A stretch of DNA of 64,000 nucleotides. It comes from Chloroflexota bacterium. Its GTDB lineage: Bacteria > Chloroflexota > Limnocylindria > Limnocylindrales > CSP1-4. The DNA lies in assembly GCA_919901745.1 (NCBI GenBank), contig CAKKPP010000012.1, positions 23,457 through 87,456 of the forward strand, given 5' to 3'. The position numbers were made by a program, and so were the translations under genes. Shown piece by piece: positions 32,821 to 44,229 of this stretch (positions are counted from its first letter, which is position 1; the number at the start of each line of letters is the position of its first letter). Under the pieces are notes generated by a model. It ran no database searches. It was not told where the DNA came from and saw only the letters and a program-made list of their open reading frames with translations.

Positions 32821-33675
32821 GTGCGCGGGCGCCTGTATGTCGTCGCCACACCGATCGGCAATCTGGGCGACGTGACCCTGCGCGCCCTCGAGGTCCTTGC
32901 CGCGGTGCCGCTCATCGCGGCCGAGGACACCCGACACTCCCGGCGGTTGCTCGATCGGCACGGCCTGACCACGAGGATGGTGAGTTTTCACGCGGGCAGT
33001 GGGCCGGCGCGCCGGGAGCAGCTGCTCGACCACCTCCGGGCCGGGTCCGACCTCGCGATGATCACCGATGCCGGGACGCCCGGGGTCAGCGATCCCGGCG
33101 ACGACCTCGTCCGCGCGTGGGCCGCCGAGGACGGCGTGGTTGTGCCAATTCCCGGCGCATCGGCCGTGCTCGCCGCGGTCGCCGCCAGCGGGATCGCCGG
33201 CCCGCGCTGGGCCTTTGAGGGGTTCCTCCCGCGATCCGGACGGGATCGACGCGAGCGGCTTGCGCGCATTGGCGCCGATGACCGTGCCACGGTGCTGTTC
33301 GAGGCGCCGGGACGTGTGGCGGCGACCCTGGCCGATCTCGCCGCAGCGTGCGCGGATGGCCGGCCCGGTGCCGCATGCCGGGAGCTGACCAAGATCCATG
33401 AAACGGTCGAGCGCGGATCGCTCGGGGAGCTGGCGGCGCGGGCTCGGGACGGTGCAATCCCGCCCCGCGGAGAGTTCGTGCTCATCGTCGGGCTAGCGGC
33501 ACGCTCCCTGAACGCGGCCAGCGACGCGGGCCAGGAGACGGACGAGCGCCTGAGGATCGCGCGTGCCGAGGTGGACCGTCTCATCGCGACCGGCGCCGGG
33601 CGGGCCGAGGCAGCGCGAACCGTGGCCGCCGCCACCGGTCTGCCCCGTCGCGCGTTGTACAGTCCCGCAACCTGA
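32821..33675 (+). CDS. rsmI: 16S rRNA (cytidine1402-2'-O)-methyltransferase
   Basis: GTG start. GRLYVVATPIGNLGDVTLRALEVL ... AAEDTR matches the RsmI tetrapyrrole-methylase fold. TTG at 32800 is an alternative start. Confidence 0.85.
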   Translation: MRGRLYVVATPIGNLGDVTLRALEVLAAVPLIAAEDTRHSRRLLDRHGLTTRMVSFHAGSGPARREQLLDHLRAGSDLAMITDAGTPGVSDPGDDLVRAWAAEDGVVVPIPGASAVLAAVAASGIAGPRWAFEGFLPRSGRDRRERLARIGADDRATVLFEAPGRVAATLADLAAACADGRPGAACRELTKIHETVERGSLGELAARARDGAIPPRGEFVLIVGLAARSLNAASDAGQETDERLRIARAEVDRLIATGAGRAEAARTVAAATGLPRRALYSPAT

Positions 33676-33682
33676 CGGGCGC

Positions 33683-33717
33683 GACCCGGCGGCGAGGAGG
33701 GGTCGCGCCGCCGGGTC
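33683..33717. terminator. GC-rich hairpin between convergent rsmI and ssb
   Basis: GACCCGGCGGCG-N11-CGCCGCCGGGTC, a 12-bp perfect stem, lies 7 nt after the rsmI stop and 15 nt from the ssb stop. Confidence 0.45.
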
Positions 33718-33731
33718 AGGGGTGAAAGACG

Positions 33732-34199
33732 TCAGGCCGCGACGGCGGCCCCCGCGTCGTCAGTGAGCGGCTCATCGGCGGGTACCGCATCGGCGTCGGC
33801 ATCCCCCTCCGACCCTGGTTCAACGCCGAGGTGCGTCGCCTGGGCCACGAGAGCTTCTGCGGCGGACTCGGCCGCGTAGTCCTTCTTCCGACGACCCGAC
33901 AGCATCTCGACGCTGCCGGCGACGACCTCCGTCTTCCAGTGGCGCAGACCGCGATCGTCGTCCCAGCTCCGCGTCTGGATTCGTCCCTCGAGCGCGACCT
34001 GCTGCCCCTTCCCGAGGTAGCGACCGCAAATCTCGGCGAGGCGATCCCACGTCACGATGTTGTGGTACTCGGCGCGCTCCTTGCCGGCGCCGGCGTATTC
34101 GTTCGTCGCCAGGCTGAACTGGGTGACCGTCTTGCCGCTGGCGAGGCTGCGCATCTCGGGGTCGCGGGTCAGGCGGCCGGTCAACAGGACCTTGTTCAC
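33732..34199 (-). CDS. ssb: single-stranded DNA-binding protein (SsbB-like, no acidic C-terminal tip)
   Basis: GTG start with GGAAGGAG 10 nt upstream. OB-fold VNKVLLTGRLTRDPEMRSLASGKTVTQFSLATNE ... HNIVTWDRLAE. The C-terminus AAVAA lacks DDDIPF. Confidence 0.75.
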   Translation of the reverse strand: MNKVLLTGRLTRDPEMRSLASGKTVTQFSLATNEYAGAGKERAEYHNIVTWDRLAEICGRYLGKGQQVALEGRIQTRSWDDDRGLRHWKTEVVAGSVEMLSGRRKKDYAAESAAEALVAQATHLGVEPGSEGDADADAVPADEPLTDDAGAAVAA

Positions 34200-34382
34200 G
34201 TCGACAGTGCTCCTTCCTGGTCGGCCGACGGGAATCGGGCCGACCCTGCGTCCGGCGGGCGTTGATCGGCAGGCAGGAGCAACCCTAGTCCGGAGCGATC
34301 TACGGCCCATTACCGCGGAGTTGTCCGGCAGGTTCCGTGTCACCAACAGCGCTCGACGGTCCGCCGACGACGCTCCGACGCG

Positions 34383-36107
34383 TCAGGGAGCCGGAGTCGC
34401 CGGACTGGGGCTCGGGGTGGGGTGGGTTGGCGGTGGCTGGGGCGGGGCCTGTGGCGCATTGGGCTGGGGGGACGGTTCGGGCGGGATTGTCGGCTCGGCG
34501 GTGGGCGCTGGCGGGATTGTCGGCTCGGCGGTCGGCGGTGCGGGCGTTGGCGGGGCGGTTGGCTCGGCGGGCGGCTCGGCGGTCGGCGCCGGTGCGGGCG
34601 GCGGCGGTGCGGGCGGCGGCGGTGCGGGCGGCGGCGGTGCGGGCGCGAGGCAATTGCCGACGCCCGACCCACCACCCCTGGTCGCCGACGGGGGAACCGC
34701 GAATTCGGCGGCCGGCAGGGTTCCCGACGGGGGAAAGAGCTTCGCGGCCAGCGCCCTGATTCCGGCGACGTCCGGGACCTGGATCGATCCTCGGGCGTCG
34801 AACCTGGAATGGACGAGCGGCGTACTGATCACGGCCCGGTACGTGCGCGATCGGTCGACCCGCGCCATTGCGTCGGCCAGGTCCGGCAGCTGCTCACGAG
34901 CGACGTTCGTCTGGAGCGATCGCCCGACGGCCTGGAGGAGTGCGATCGGGTCACTCACGAAGCCGCGCTGCACGACGGCATCGCGCAGCCCGCTGATGAT
35001 CTCCTGCTGTCGGGCCGCCCGCGTGAAGTCGGATTCGCCCGATGCCTGCCGAATTCGCGCGTAGGCCAGCGCCTGGTATCCGCTCAGGTGGCGCAGGCCG
35101 GCTGCGATCGAGAAGCCGCGACTGAAGCCGTATTCGTCGTAGCCCGGATCGCACAGCGAGCGCGACACCGAGACGTCGACCCCGCCGAGGACGTCGACCA
35201 CCCGGACGAAGCCGCCGAGGCTCACCGCGGCATAGCTGTCGATCCGGAGGCCGAGGAGCGTTCCGACGGCGGCCATCAGGACGTCGTGGCCGGATCCATC
35301 GGAGCCCGGGAAGCGCGACGGATGATGACGTGCATCGGCGTCGAGCCCGTTCAACTTGGGCGCGTACCGGCTGCCATCGGGCAGCGGGACGTCGACGATG
35401 TCGCGTGGGATGGAGACCATCGAGACCGTTTCGCTGACCGGGTCCAGGCTGGCGACGATCATCGTGTCGGTGGCCGCAGTCGACCGCCCGGCACCGCTGT
35501 CGATCCCGATCAGGAGGACGTTGACCCGGGGGCGCAGAGGCAGCGCCGCCGTCCGCGAGAGGCTGGGCGAGGGGCTCGTGGTCGCCGCCCCCGTCGAAGC
35601 CGAGGGCAGGACCGTTGGTGGTGGGCCGAGCGGTTGCCACGCTCCGCTCGTCTCGCCGCTGAAGACGCGGTCCACCTCCTCGCGGGCGACGTTGGTCACG
35701 TAGCCCAGGTAGGCCTGAGGACCCACGACCAGGGCAATGAGCGCCGCCGCGCCGAGGGCCTGGGCTCTCGGGCGCCGGCCGAGCCATGCGGCCCGCAACC
35801 CGGACGTGACGGCCAGCAGGCGCCACACGAGGACGATGGCCTGGACCACGAGGAGGACCGCCAGCGCGTTGACCGCCTCGGCGGCGAGGCGCGCCGGCGC
35901 GTTCGCGGCGACGATGACCCCGAGCACGCCAAGCACCACGAGGGTGGGGGCGCTGAACAGGATCGCGAGGCGGCGGCGTCCGGCAACGAGATGTCCCATC
36001 CCGGGTACGACGGCGTCGAGTGCCGCCCACCGGAGCTGCCGGGATCGCACGGACGTCGCGGGTCCGCGCCGCGCGGTCGCCTCGGGCGCGTCGTCGGGGA
36101 TGGTCAT
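34383..36107 (-). CDS. LytR-CpsA-Psr (LCP) family cell-envelope phosphotransferase with Pro/Ala-rich C-terminal tail
   Basis: ATG at 36107 (track ORF to 36218). TM helix followed by the LCP core VNVLLIGIDSGAGRSTAATDTMIVASLDP...VSIPRD. The C-terminal ~110 aa are PPPPAPPPPAPPPPAP...TAEPTIPP repeats. Confidence 0.75.
   Translation of the reverse strand: MTIPDDAPEATARRGPATSVRSRQLRWAALDAVVPGMGHLVAGRRRLAILFSAPTLVVLGVLGVIVAANAPARLAAEAVNALAVLLVVQAIVLVWRLLAVTSGLRAAWLGRRPRAQALGAAALIALVVGPQAYLGYVTNVAREEVDRVFSGETSGAWQPLGPPPTVLPSASTGAATTSPSPSLSRTAALPLRPRVNVLLIGIDSGAGRSTAATDTMIVASLDPVSETVSMVSIPRDIVDVPLPDGSRYAPKLNGLDADARHHPSRFPGSDGSGHDVLMAAVGTLLGLRIDSYAAVSLGGFVRVVDVLGGVDVSVSRSLCDPGYDEYGFSRGFSIAAGLRHLSGYQALAYARIRQASGESDFTRAARQQEIISGLRDAVVQRGFVSDPIALLQAVGRSLQTNVAREQLPDLADAMARVDRSRTYRAVISTPLVHSRFDARGSIQVPDVAGIRALAAKLFPPSGTLPAAEFAVPPSATRGGGSGVGNCLAPAPPPPAPPPPAPPPPAPAPTAEPPAEPTAPPTPAPPTAEPTIPPAPTAEPTIPPEPSPQPNAPQAPPQPPPTHPTPSPSPATPAP
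34481..34540. repeat. 30-nt tandem direct repeat x2 inside the LCP gene
   Basis: gcgggattgtcggctcggcggtgggcgctg and gcgggattgtcggctcggcggtcggcggtg, encoding TAEPTIPPAP x2 on the minus strand. Confidence 0.8.
34591..34650. repeat. 15-nt tandem repeat x~4 inside the LCP gene
   Basis: ggtgcgggcggcggc repeated, encoding (PPPPA)n. Confidence 0.8.
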
Positions 36108-36280
36108 GGACACGCCGGCCAGCGTACCAGCGGGCTGGGATCGGGGTGCCGGCCCCGGCGAGCGGGCGTGGCGGGCTCGGCGGTCGGCGAGGCCGGCGGT
36201 GCTGGCGGGCACCCCCATCGTACGAGGGCCTGCTTATCGCGCACGTATCGTCGCCTTCATCGCGGCGCCCCGAAACGATG

Positions 36281-37927
<1,647 letters not shown>

Positions 37928-38240
37928 AGGTCAGCGCTGCCCCTCAGCCTGCGCAGGCCGAGGCCCGGGATCGAGGACCGACACGGCGGCCGGATCCCGG
38001 TCCGGACTGGTATACTCCCGCCGCCCCCAGGACGCACCGCCGGGTGGTCGGGGCAGGAGGATGAGCGATCGCGCATCGACGGCGCGTCGGACGTCCCGTG
38101 AGGCGTGCGAGCGACCAGCCTGACTCAACCCGTCGGCACGCCGACAGGGTGACGCGGGAGAAGTCTATCCGGGTCCCAGGTCCCTCGACCGGGGGCCTTT
38201 TCGTTTGTCCGCATCCGGCGGCCGCAGGGTCTCGCGGCTG

Positions 38241-39551
38241 ATGCCGGCCACGGTCATCGTCGGCCTCCAGTGGGGCGACGAGGGGAAGGGCAAGACGACC
38301 GACTTCCTTGCGGAGCAGGTCGCCATGGTCGTCCGCTACCAGGGTGGCGACAATGCCGGCCACACCGTGGTCACCGGCGACGAAGTGTTCAAGCTCCATC
38401 TGGTGCCATCGGGCGTCCTGTACCGTCACATCACCTCCGTGATCGGCAACGGCGTGGTGGTCAACCCGGCGACGCTGATCAGCGAGCTGGACATGCTGGC
38501 CGGTCGCGGCATCGACGTGGCGCGGGTCAGGGTGAGCCGCAGCGCCCACGTGACGATGCCGTATCACGTCGCGCTCGACCGGGCGATGGAGCGGCGGCTC
38601 GACGGCGCCAAGGTCGGGACCACCGGACGGGGAATCGGTCCGACCTACGGCGACCGGGCATGGCGGATCGGCCTGCGCATGGAGGATCTGCTGGACGAAG
38701 CCGTTCTCCGCGAGCGAATCGGCCGGGCGCTGCCCGACAAGAACCAACTGCTCGCGTCGCTTGGTGAAGCGGCGTTCGAGCTCGACCGGCTCGTCGATCT
38801 GGGGTTGGGTTGGGGCCAACGGCTTCGACCACACCTCGACGACACCACGTGGCTCGTCCAGGACGCATTGCGTCGGGGGGATCACGTCCTGCTCGAAGGG
38901 GCGCAGGGAACCCTGCTCGATCTCGATCACGGCAGCTATCCCTACGTCACGTCCTCGAATCCGGTGGCCGGAGGCGCGTGCACCGGCGGTGGGATCGGAC
39001 CGCTCCAGGTCGATGAAGTCATGGGCGTCATGAAGGCGTATGCCACCCGGGTTGGGTCCGGGCCGTTCCCGACCGAGCTGCTCGACGAGATCGGCAGGGG
39101 AATCGCCGCGCGCGGCCACGAAGTCGGCACGACGACGGGCCGACCGCGCCGCGTCGGCTGGTTCGACGCGGTACCGCTGCGCTATGCCGTCGCCGTCAAC
39201 AGCGTCAGCAGCATCATGCTCAACAAGATCGACATCCTGTCGGGGCTCGATCCCATCCGCCTGTGTGTCGCGTACGACATCGATGGCCGCCGGGTCGAGC
39301 ACTGGCCGTCGAGCGCCATCGAGCTGGCGCGGGCCCAGCCGGTCTTCGAGGAGTTCGCGGGCTGGTCCGAACCCATCCACGGTGTCCGCTCGCTGGCCGA
39401 CCTTCCCGAGAACGCCCGCCGCTACGTCACGGCGCTCGAGGATCATGCCGGAGTCCCGATTGTCCTCGTGTCCGTCGGGCCCGAGCGCACGCAGACCATC
39501 GAGCGCGCCTGGCGCCCGATGCGGCACCGGCCGGCTGCCCCGCTGGCATGA
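38241..39551 (+). CDS. purA: adenylosuccinate synthetase
   Basis: ATG at 38241 (track gives TTG at 38205). VIVGLQWGDEGKGKTTD P-loop. Confidence 0.93.
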   Translation: MPATVIVGLQWGDEGKGKTTDFLAEQVAMVVRYQGGDNAGHTVVTGDEVFKLHLVPSGVLYRHITSVIGNGVVVNPATLISELDMLAGRGIDVARVRVSRSAHVTMPYHVALDRAMERRLDGAKVGTTGRGIGPTYGDRAWRIGLRMEDLLDEAVLRERIGRALPDKNQLLASLGEAAFELDRLVDLGLGWGQRLRPHLDDTTWLVQDALRRGDHVLLEGAQGTLLDLDHGSYPYVTSSNPVAGGACTGGGIGPLQVDEVMGVMKAYATRVGSGPFPTELLDEIGRGIAARGHEVGTTTGRPRRVGWFDAVPLRYAVAVNSVSSIMLNKIDILSGLDPIRLCVAYDIDGRRVEHWPSSAIELARAQPVFEEFAGWSEPIHGVRSLADLPENARRYVTALEDHAGVPIVLVSVGPERTQTIERAWRPMRHRPAAPLA

Positions 39552-39564
39552 ACGCGGAACGCGC

Positions 39565-40929
39565 ATGACGCCCACCCGGATCCTGGTCGTCGGCGGCGGT
39601 GGCCGGGAACATGCGCTGGCCTGGAAGCTCGCCGGCGAGCCCGGTGTCAACACGATCCACGTGGCACCGGGCAGTGCGGCCATCGCGTTGGAGCCACGTG
39701 TGCAGACGCATCCCGAGGTTGCGGCGCTCGATGCCCGCGGTCTCGTCCGACTCGCTCGGCAGCTGGCAATCGAGCTCGCCGTCATCGGACCCGAGGCACC
39801 GCTGGCCGCCGGCGTCGCCGACGCCCTGCGGACCGCCGGGATCCCCACGTTCGGCCCATCCGCGGCGGCCGCCCGGATCGAGGCGTCGAAGGCGTTCTGC
39901 CGCGACGTGGCGGCGGCGGCCGGGGTCCCGATGGCCGAGGGGCGCGCGTTCTCCGACCCGGCGCCGGCCGTCGCCTATGCCCGCGGGCTGGCTGCCCGGA
40001 TGGATGGAACGGCCGGTGTTGTCGTCAAGGCGGACGGCCTTGCTGCCGGCAAGGGCGTGACGGTTTGTGCGGGCGCCGACGAAGCGGAGGCCGAGCTGAC
40101 GGCGATCTTCGGAGCCGGCGCCGAACAGGCGCCGGGTAGCGCGCGCGTCGTCGTCGAGGAGCGCCTCGTGGGCCCGGAGGCCAGCCTGATCGCCCTGTGC
40201 GATGGTCGCGTCGCCATCGGTCTGCCCCCCGCCCGCGACCACAAGCGCCTCCTGGACGACGACGAGGGACCCAACACCGGCGGCATGGGCGCCTACAGCC
40301 CGCTGCCGGACCTCTCGACCGAGCGGGCGACCGTTCTGCTCGACACGGTGCATCGCCGGATCCTCGGAGAGCTGGAGCGGCGCGGGGCGCGCTTCGTCGG
40401 TGCCCTGTATGCGGGAATGATCCTCACCGCGGATGGGCCGCGCCTGCTCGAGTGCAACGCTCGATTCGGCGATCCCGAGACACAGGTGATCCTCCCGCGC
40501 CTCGGGCTGGCCCTGGCGCCGCTCCTGCTGGCCGCCGCGCGCGGCGAACTCGGCCGGACGGCCGCCGGTCTCGGGCTGCTGGACCCGATCGTGCAGACGG
40601 TCGATCGCGCGGCGGTGGGAATCGTCCTGGCCGCCGCCGGCTATCCGGCCGCCCCGCGCCGGGACGACGCCATCATGGGCCTCGACACGATCGGCGACGA
40701 CGCCTTGGTCTTCCATTCGGGCAGCGTGCTCGCATCCGACGGCCGTTTCGCCACGGCCGGTGGGCGCGTCCTCACGATCGTCGGTCGTGGCGTGGACCTC
40801 GCGGACGCACGCGCTCGCGCCGAAGCGGCGGCCGACCGGATCTCCTTCGCCGGGCTCCAGAGGCGCAGGGATATCGCGGCGAACCTGCCGGGCGCATCTC
40901 CGGCGCCGACGCTGGCAGCCATCGGATGA
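39565..40929 (+). CDS. purD: phosphoribosylamine--glycine ligase
   Basis: MTPTRILVVGGGGREHALAWKLA with the ATP-grasp body. Confidence 0.9.
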   Translation: MTPTRILVVGGGGREHALAWKLAGEPGVNTIHVAPGSAAIALEPRVQTHPEVAALDARGLVRLARQLAIELAVIGPEAPLAAGVADALRTAGIPTFGPSAAAARIEASKAFCRDVAAAAGVPMAEGRAFSDPAPAVAYARGLAARMDGTAGVVVKADGLAAGKGVTVCAGADEAEAELTAIFGAGAEQAPGSARVVVEERLVGPEASLIALCDGRVAIGLPPARDHKRLLDDDEGPNTGGMGAYSPLPDLSTERATVLLDTVHRRILGELERRGARFVGALYAGMILTADGPRLLECNARFGDPETQVILPRLGLALAPLLLAAARGELGRTAAGLGLLDPIVQTVDRAAVGIVLAAAGYPAAPRRDDAIMGLDTIGDDALVFHSGSVLASDGRFATAGGRVLTIVGRGVDLADARARAEAAADRISFAGLQRRRDIAANLPGASPAPTLAAIG

Positions 40930-42248
40930 TCCGACGCTACACGCTCCCCGAGATGGGGGCCGTCTGGACGGACGAGAGGCGGTTCGGTCACATGCTCCGG
41001 GTCGAGATCGCGGTCGCCCGCGCCCAGGTCGCCCGCGGAACCGTCCCGGCGGAGGCCATTGTCGCGATCCAGCGCGACGCCCGCGTGGACGTCGATCGGA
41101 TCGCCGAGATCGAACGAACCACGGACCACGACGTGATTGCGTTCGTGAGCCAGGTCGCCGAGTCGGTCGGGCCCGAAGGTCGCTACCTCCATCTCGGCCT
41201 CACGAGCAGTGACGTCGTCGATACCGCCCTGGCTCTCCAGCTCCGGGAAGCGGGGAACCTCCTGCTCAGGGGCACGGATCGGCTGATCGTTGCCCTCGTG
41301 GCGCGAGCACGGGCCGAGGCCGACACCGTGATGATGGGTCGGACCCATTCCGTCCACGCAGAGCCGACGACGTTCGGCCTGAAGCTGGCCGGCTGGGCGT
41401 TCGAGGTGGATCGCGGCCGAGCCCGCCTGGCCACGGCGGTCGACGAGATGGCGACCGGCAAGATCTCGGGCCCGGTGGGCACGTACAGCCATCTCGATCC
41501 CGATCTTGAGGCGGAAGTTCTCGCCGAGCTCGAGTTGAAGGTCGACCCGGTCAGTACCCAGATCGTCCAGCGCGACCGGCATGCGGCGTTTCTCGCCGCC
41601 ATCGCCATCCTCGGCGGGAGCCTGGAACGGTTCGCGACCGAGGTTCGCAACCTTCAGCACACGGAGATCGGCGAGGTTCAGGAGCCGTTCCGGGCCGGCC
41701 AGAAGGGCTCGTCGGCGATGCCGCACAAGCGCAACCCGATTGTCTCCGAGCGGATCGCCGGCCTCGCGCGGCTCCTCCGCGGCTATGCCCAGACGGCCTT
41801 CGAGAACCAGCCCCTGTGGCATGAGCGTGACATCAGCCACTCCTCGGCCGAGCGGGTGATCCTGCCCGACGCGACGATCCTCCTCGACTACATGCTGGTC
41901 CGAATGACGACCCTGATCGAGGGGTTGATCGTCCGGCCCGAGCGAATGCGCGAGAACATCGAGCGCGGCCTCGGCCTGCATGCCTCGAGCCGCGTTCTCG
42001 TGGCCCTCGTCGAAGAGGCCGGCTTGTCGCGCGAGGACGCGTATGCCGTCGTCCAGCGGGCCGCACTGCTGGCGGCCGACCAGCGTCGCCCCCTGCGCGA
42101 CCTCGTGGCGATCGACCCGGCGGTGGCCCCGCAGCTGTCCCTCGAGCGCCTCGATGCGTGCTTCGACGACGCCGCAACGCTGCGCCACGCGGGGACGGTG
42201 ATCGCGAGGCTCGACAGCCTGAGCCCGGGGAGTGAGGCGCCGCGATGA
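40926..42248 (+). CDS. purB: adenylosuccinate lyase
   Basis: ATGA overlap with purD. Fumarate-lyase signature GSSAMPHKRNP. Confidence 0.93.
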   Translation: MIRRYTLPEMGAVWTDERRFGHMLRVEIAVARAQVARGTVPAEAIVAIQRDARVDVDRIAEIERTTDHDVIAFVSQVAESVGPEGRYLHLGLTSSDVVDTALALQLREAGNLLLRGTDRLIVALVARARAEADTVMMGRTHSVHAEPTTFGLKLAGWAFEVDRGRARLATAVDEMATGKISGPVGTYSHLDPDLEAEVLAELELKVDPVSTQIVQRDRHAAFLAAIAILGGSLERFATEVRNLQHTEIGEVQEPFRAGQKGSSAMPHKRNPIVSERIAGLARLLRGYAQTAFENQPLWHERDISHSSAERVILPDATILLDYMLVRMTTLIEGLIVRPERMRENIERGLGLHASSRVLVALVEEAGLSREDAYAVVQRAALLAADQRRPLRDLVAIDPAVAPQLSLERLDACFDDAATLRHAGTVIARLDSLSPGSEAPR

Positions 42249-43156
42249 CCGCGGCCACCTGGGTCCGCTCCGGCAAGGTTCGCGACCTGTATCGCGTGGA
42301 CGACGATCGCCTGCTGCTGGTCGCCTCCGATCGGCTCTCGGCGTTCGATGTCGTCCTGCCCACGTCGATCCCGGACAAGGGCCGCATCCTGACCGGCCTG
42401 TCGCGGTTCTGGTTCGATGAAACCCGGCACATCGTGGCGAATCACCTGCTCGACGTCGATCCCGGGTCCGTCCCGCGCGGCACCGTCGAGGAGGACCGGG
42501 AGGCGGACCTGCGCGGCCGGATGATGCTCGTCCGCCGCGCGGACGTCCTGCCGGTCGAGGTCGTGGTTCGCGGCTATCTCGCCGGGTCGGGCTGGAAGGA
42601 TTACCTGGCGACGGGCGTTACGAGCGGCCACCGCCTGCCGGCCGGGATGGTTGAAGGCGACCGCCTGCCCGAACCGATCCTGGCGCCGGCGACCAAGGCG
42701 GCGCCGGGCGAGCACGATGAGAACATCGATCTCGATGCGATGATCGACCTCGTCGGTGGAGAGCTCACCGAACGGGTGCGTGGCATCGCCCTGGAGCTGT
42801 ACCGCCACGGGGCGGCAGCGTGCGAGCGGGCGGGAATCCTCCTCGCCGACACGAAGTTCGAGTTCGGGACGCACCCGGCGACGGGCGAGTTGCTGCTCGT
42901 CGACGAGGTCCTCACGCCGGACTCGTCGAGGTTCTGGGACGCCGCCGCCTATCGCGCGGGCGGCCCCCAGCCGAGCTTCGACAAGCAGTTCGTGCGTGAT
43001 TGGCTCGAGACCCTCGACTGGGACAAGACATCGCCCGGTCCGACGCTCCCGGCGGCCGTCGTCTCCGGGACGCGCGCCCGCTACGTGGAGGCCTATGAGC
43101 GAATCACCGGGGCGAGCTTCGCCCGCTACCTCGAGGAGGACGTCGTCGCCGCATGA
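42245..43156 (+). CDS. purC: SAICAR synthetase
   Basis: 303-aa protein; GKVRDLY ... LLLVASDRLSAFD. Confidence 0.9.
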   Translation: MTAATWVRSGKVRDLYRVDDDRLLLVASDRLSAFDVVLPTSIPDKGRILTGLSRFWFDETRHIVANHLLDVDPGSVPRGTVEEDREADLRGRMMLVRRADVLPVEVVVRGYLAGSGWKDYLATGVTSGHRLPAGMVEGDRLPEPILAPATKAAPGEHDENIDLDAMIDLVGGELTERVRGIALELYRHGAAACERAGILLADTKFEFGTHPATGELLLVDEVLTPDSSRFWDAAAYRAGGPQPSFDKQFVRDWLETLDWDKTSPGPTLPAAVVSGTRARYVEAYERITGASFARYLEEDVVAA

Positions 43157-43443
43157 GCACCCATCGATTTGCCGTCAACGTGACCCCGAAGCCGGGCATC
43201 CTCGATCCCCAGGGCCGGGCCGTGGAGGGGAGCCTCGGACACCTTGGGATCGAGGGCGTGAGCGCCGTACGCGTGGGCCGACGGGTCGAGCTGACGGTCG
43301 CGGCCGTCGATGCGGCCGCCGCGCGGGCGGTCGTCGAGCGATTGGCCGCGGAACTCCTGGCCAACCCGCTCATCGAGGCGTACGTGGTCGAGGAGATCGC
43401 CGGCGCATCCTCGACGCTGAGCATCGGGGCCGGGGAGGGCTGA
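43153..43443 (+). CDS. purS: FGAM synthase PurS subunit
   Basis: 96-aa protein; [25 protein letters not shown]. Confidence 0.9.
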   Translation: MSTHRFAVNVTPKPGILDPQGRAVEGSLGHLGIEGVSAVRVGRRVELTVAAVDAAAARAVVERLAAELLANPLIEAYVVEEIAGASSTLSIGAGEG

Positions 43444-43444
43444 C

Positions 43445-44227
43445 GTGCCGGCACGGATCGGGGTGGTGGTCTTCCCGGGCTCCAATTGCGACCGCGACAC
43501 CATGTATGCGCTGTCCCTGGCCGGCGCCGAACCGGTCGAACTGTGGCACGAGCAGGCGTCGCTCGACGCGATCGATGGGGTCATCCTGCCGGGGGGCTTC
43601 GCCTACGGCGACTACCTGCGCGCCGGTGTGATTGCCCGGTTCTCACCCGTCGTGCGCGCCGTGACCGCGTTCGCCGATCGGGGCGGCCTGGTCCTGGGGA
43701 TCTGCAACGGGTTCCAGGTCCTGGCCGAGGCCGGACTCGTTCCTGGGGCGCTCCTGCGGAACCGCGGCCTGCGTTTCCTCGGGCGCGACGTCCACATCGC
43801 CGCGGAGCGCGTGGACACGCCGTTCACCGCCGGCCTGATCGCGGGGCGACCGCTCCGGATGCCGATCGCCCACGGCGAGGGCTGTTATTTCGCCGACGAC
43901 GCGACGCTCGACGAGCTCGAGCGTGACGGGCAGGTCCTGTTTCGCTACGTGGGTGGCGACGGCGCGGCGGTCGGCGCCGACGATGGGGCACGCCACCCCG
44001 ACAACCCGAACGGGAGCCTGCGGGCGATTGCCGGCGTACTGAACACGGCGGGCAACGTCGCCGGTCTGATGCCGCATCCGGAGCGTGCGGCCGAGGGGCT
44101 GCTCGGATCCGACGACGGCGCCGGCATCATTCGCTCGTTCGTGGCGGCCGCAGCGGGGCGAGCGTCCGGTCGCGTGGCGGACCCCAACGTCGCCGCAGCA
44201 GGCGTCGGCGCCGGGAGCGGGCGCTGA
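43445..44227 (+). CDS. purQ: FGAM synthase glutaminase subunit
   Basis: GTG start. Class-I GATase GICNGFQ catalytic Cys, with His and Glu later. Confidence 0.9.
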   Translation: MPARIGVVVFPGSNCDRDTMYALSLAGAEPVELWHEQASLDAIDGVILPGGFAYGDYLRAGVIARFSPVVRAVTAFADRGGLVLGICNGFQVLAEAGLVPGALLRNRGLRFLGRDVHIAAERVDTPFTAGLIAGRPLRMPIAHGEGCYFADDATLDELERDGQVLFRYVGGDGAAVGADDGARHPDNPNGSLRAIAGVLNTAGNVAGLMPHPERAAEGLLGSDDGAGIIRSFVAAAAGRASGRVADPNVAAAGVGAGSGR

Positions 44228-44229
44228 CA

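Noticed and set aside
34057-35064. 335-aa plus-strand ORF overlapping the LCP gene
   Set aside because: It is antisense to the LCP core and to the repeat region, and its Gly/Ala-rich translation derives from the repeats.
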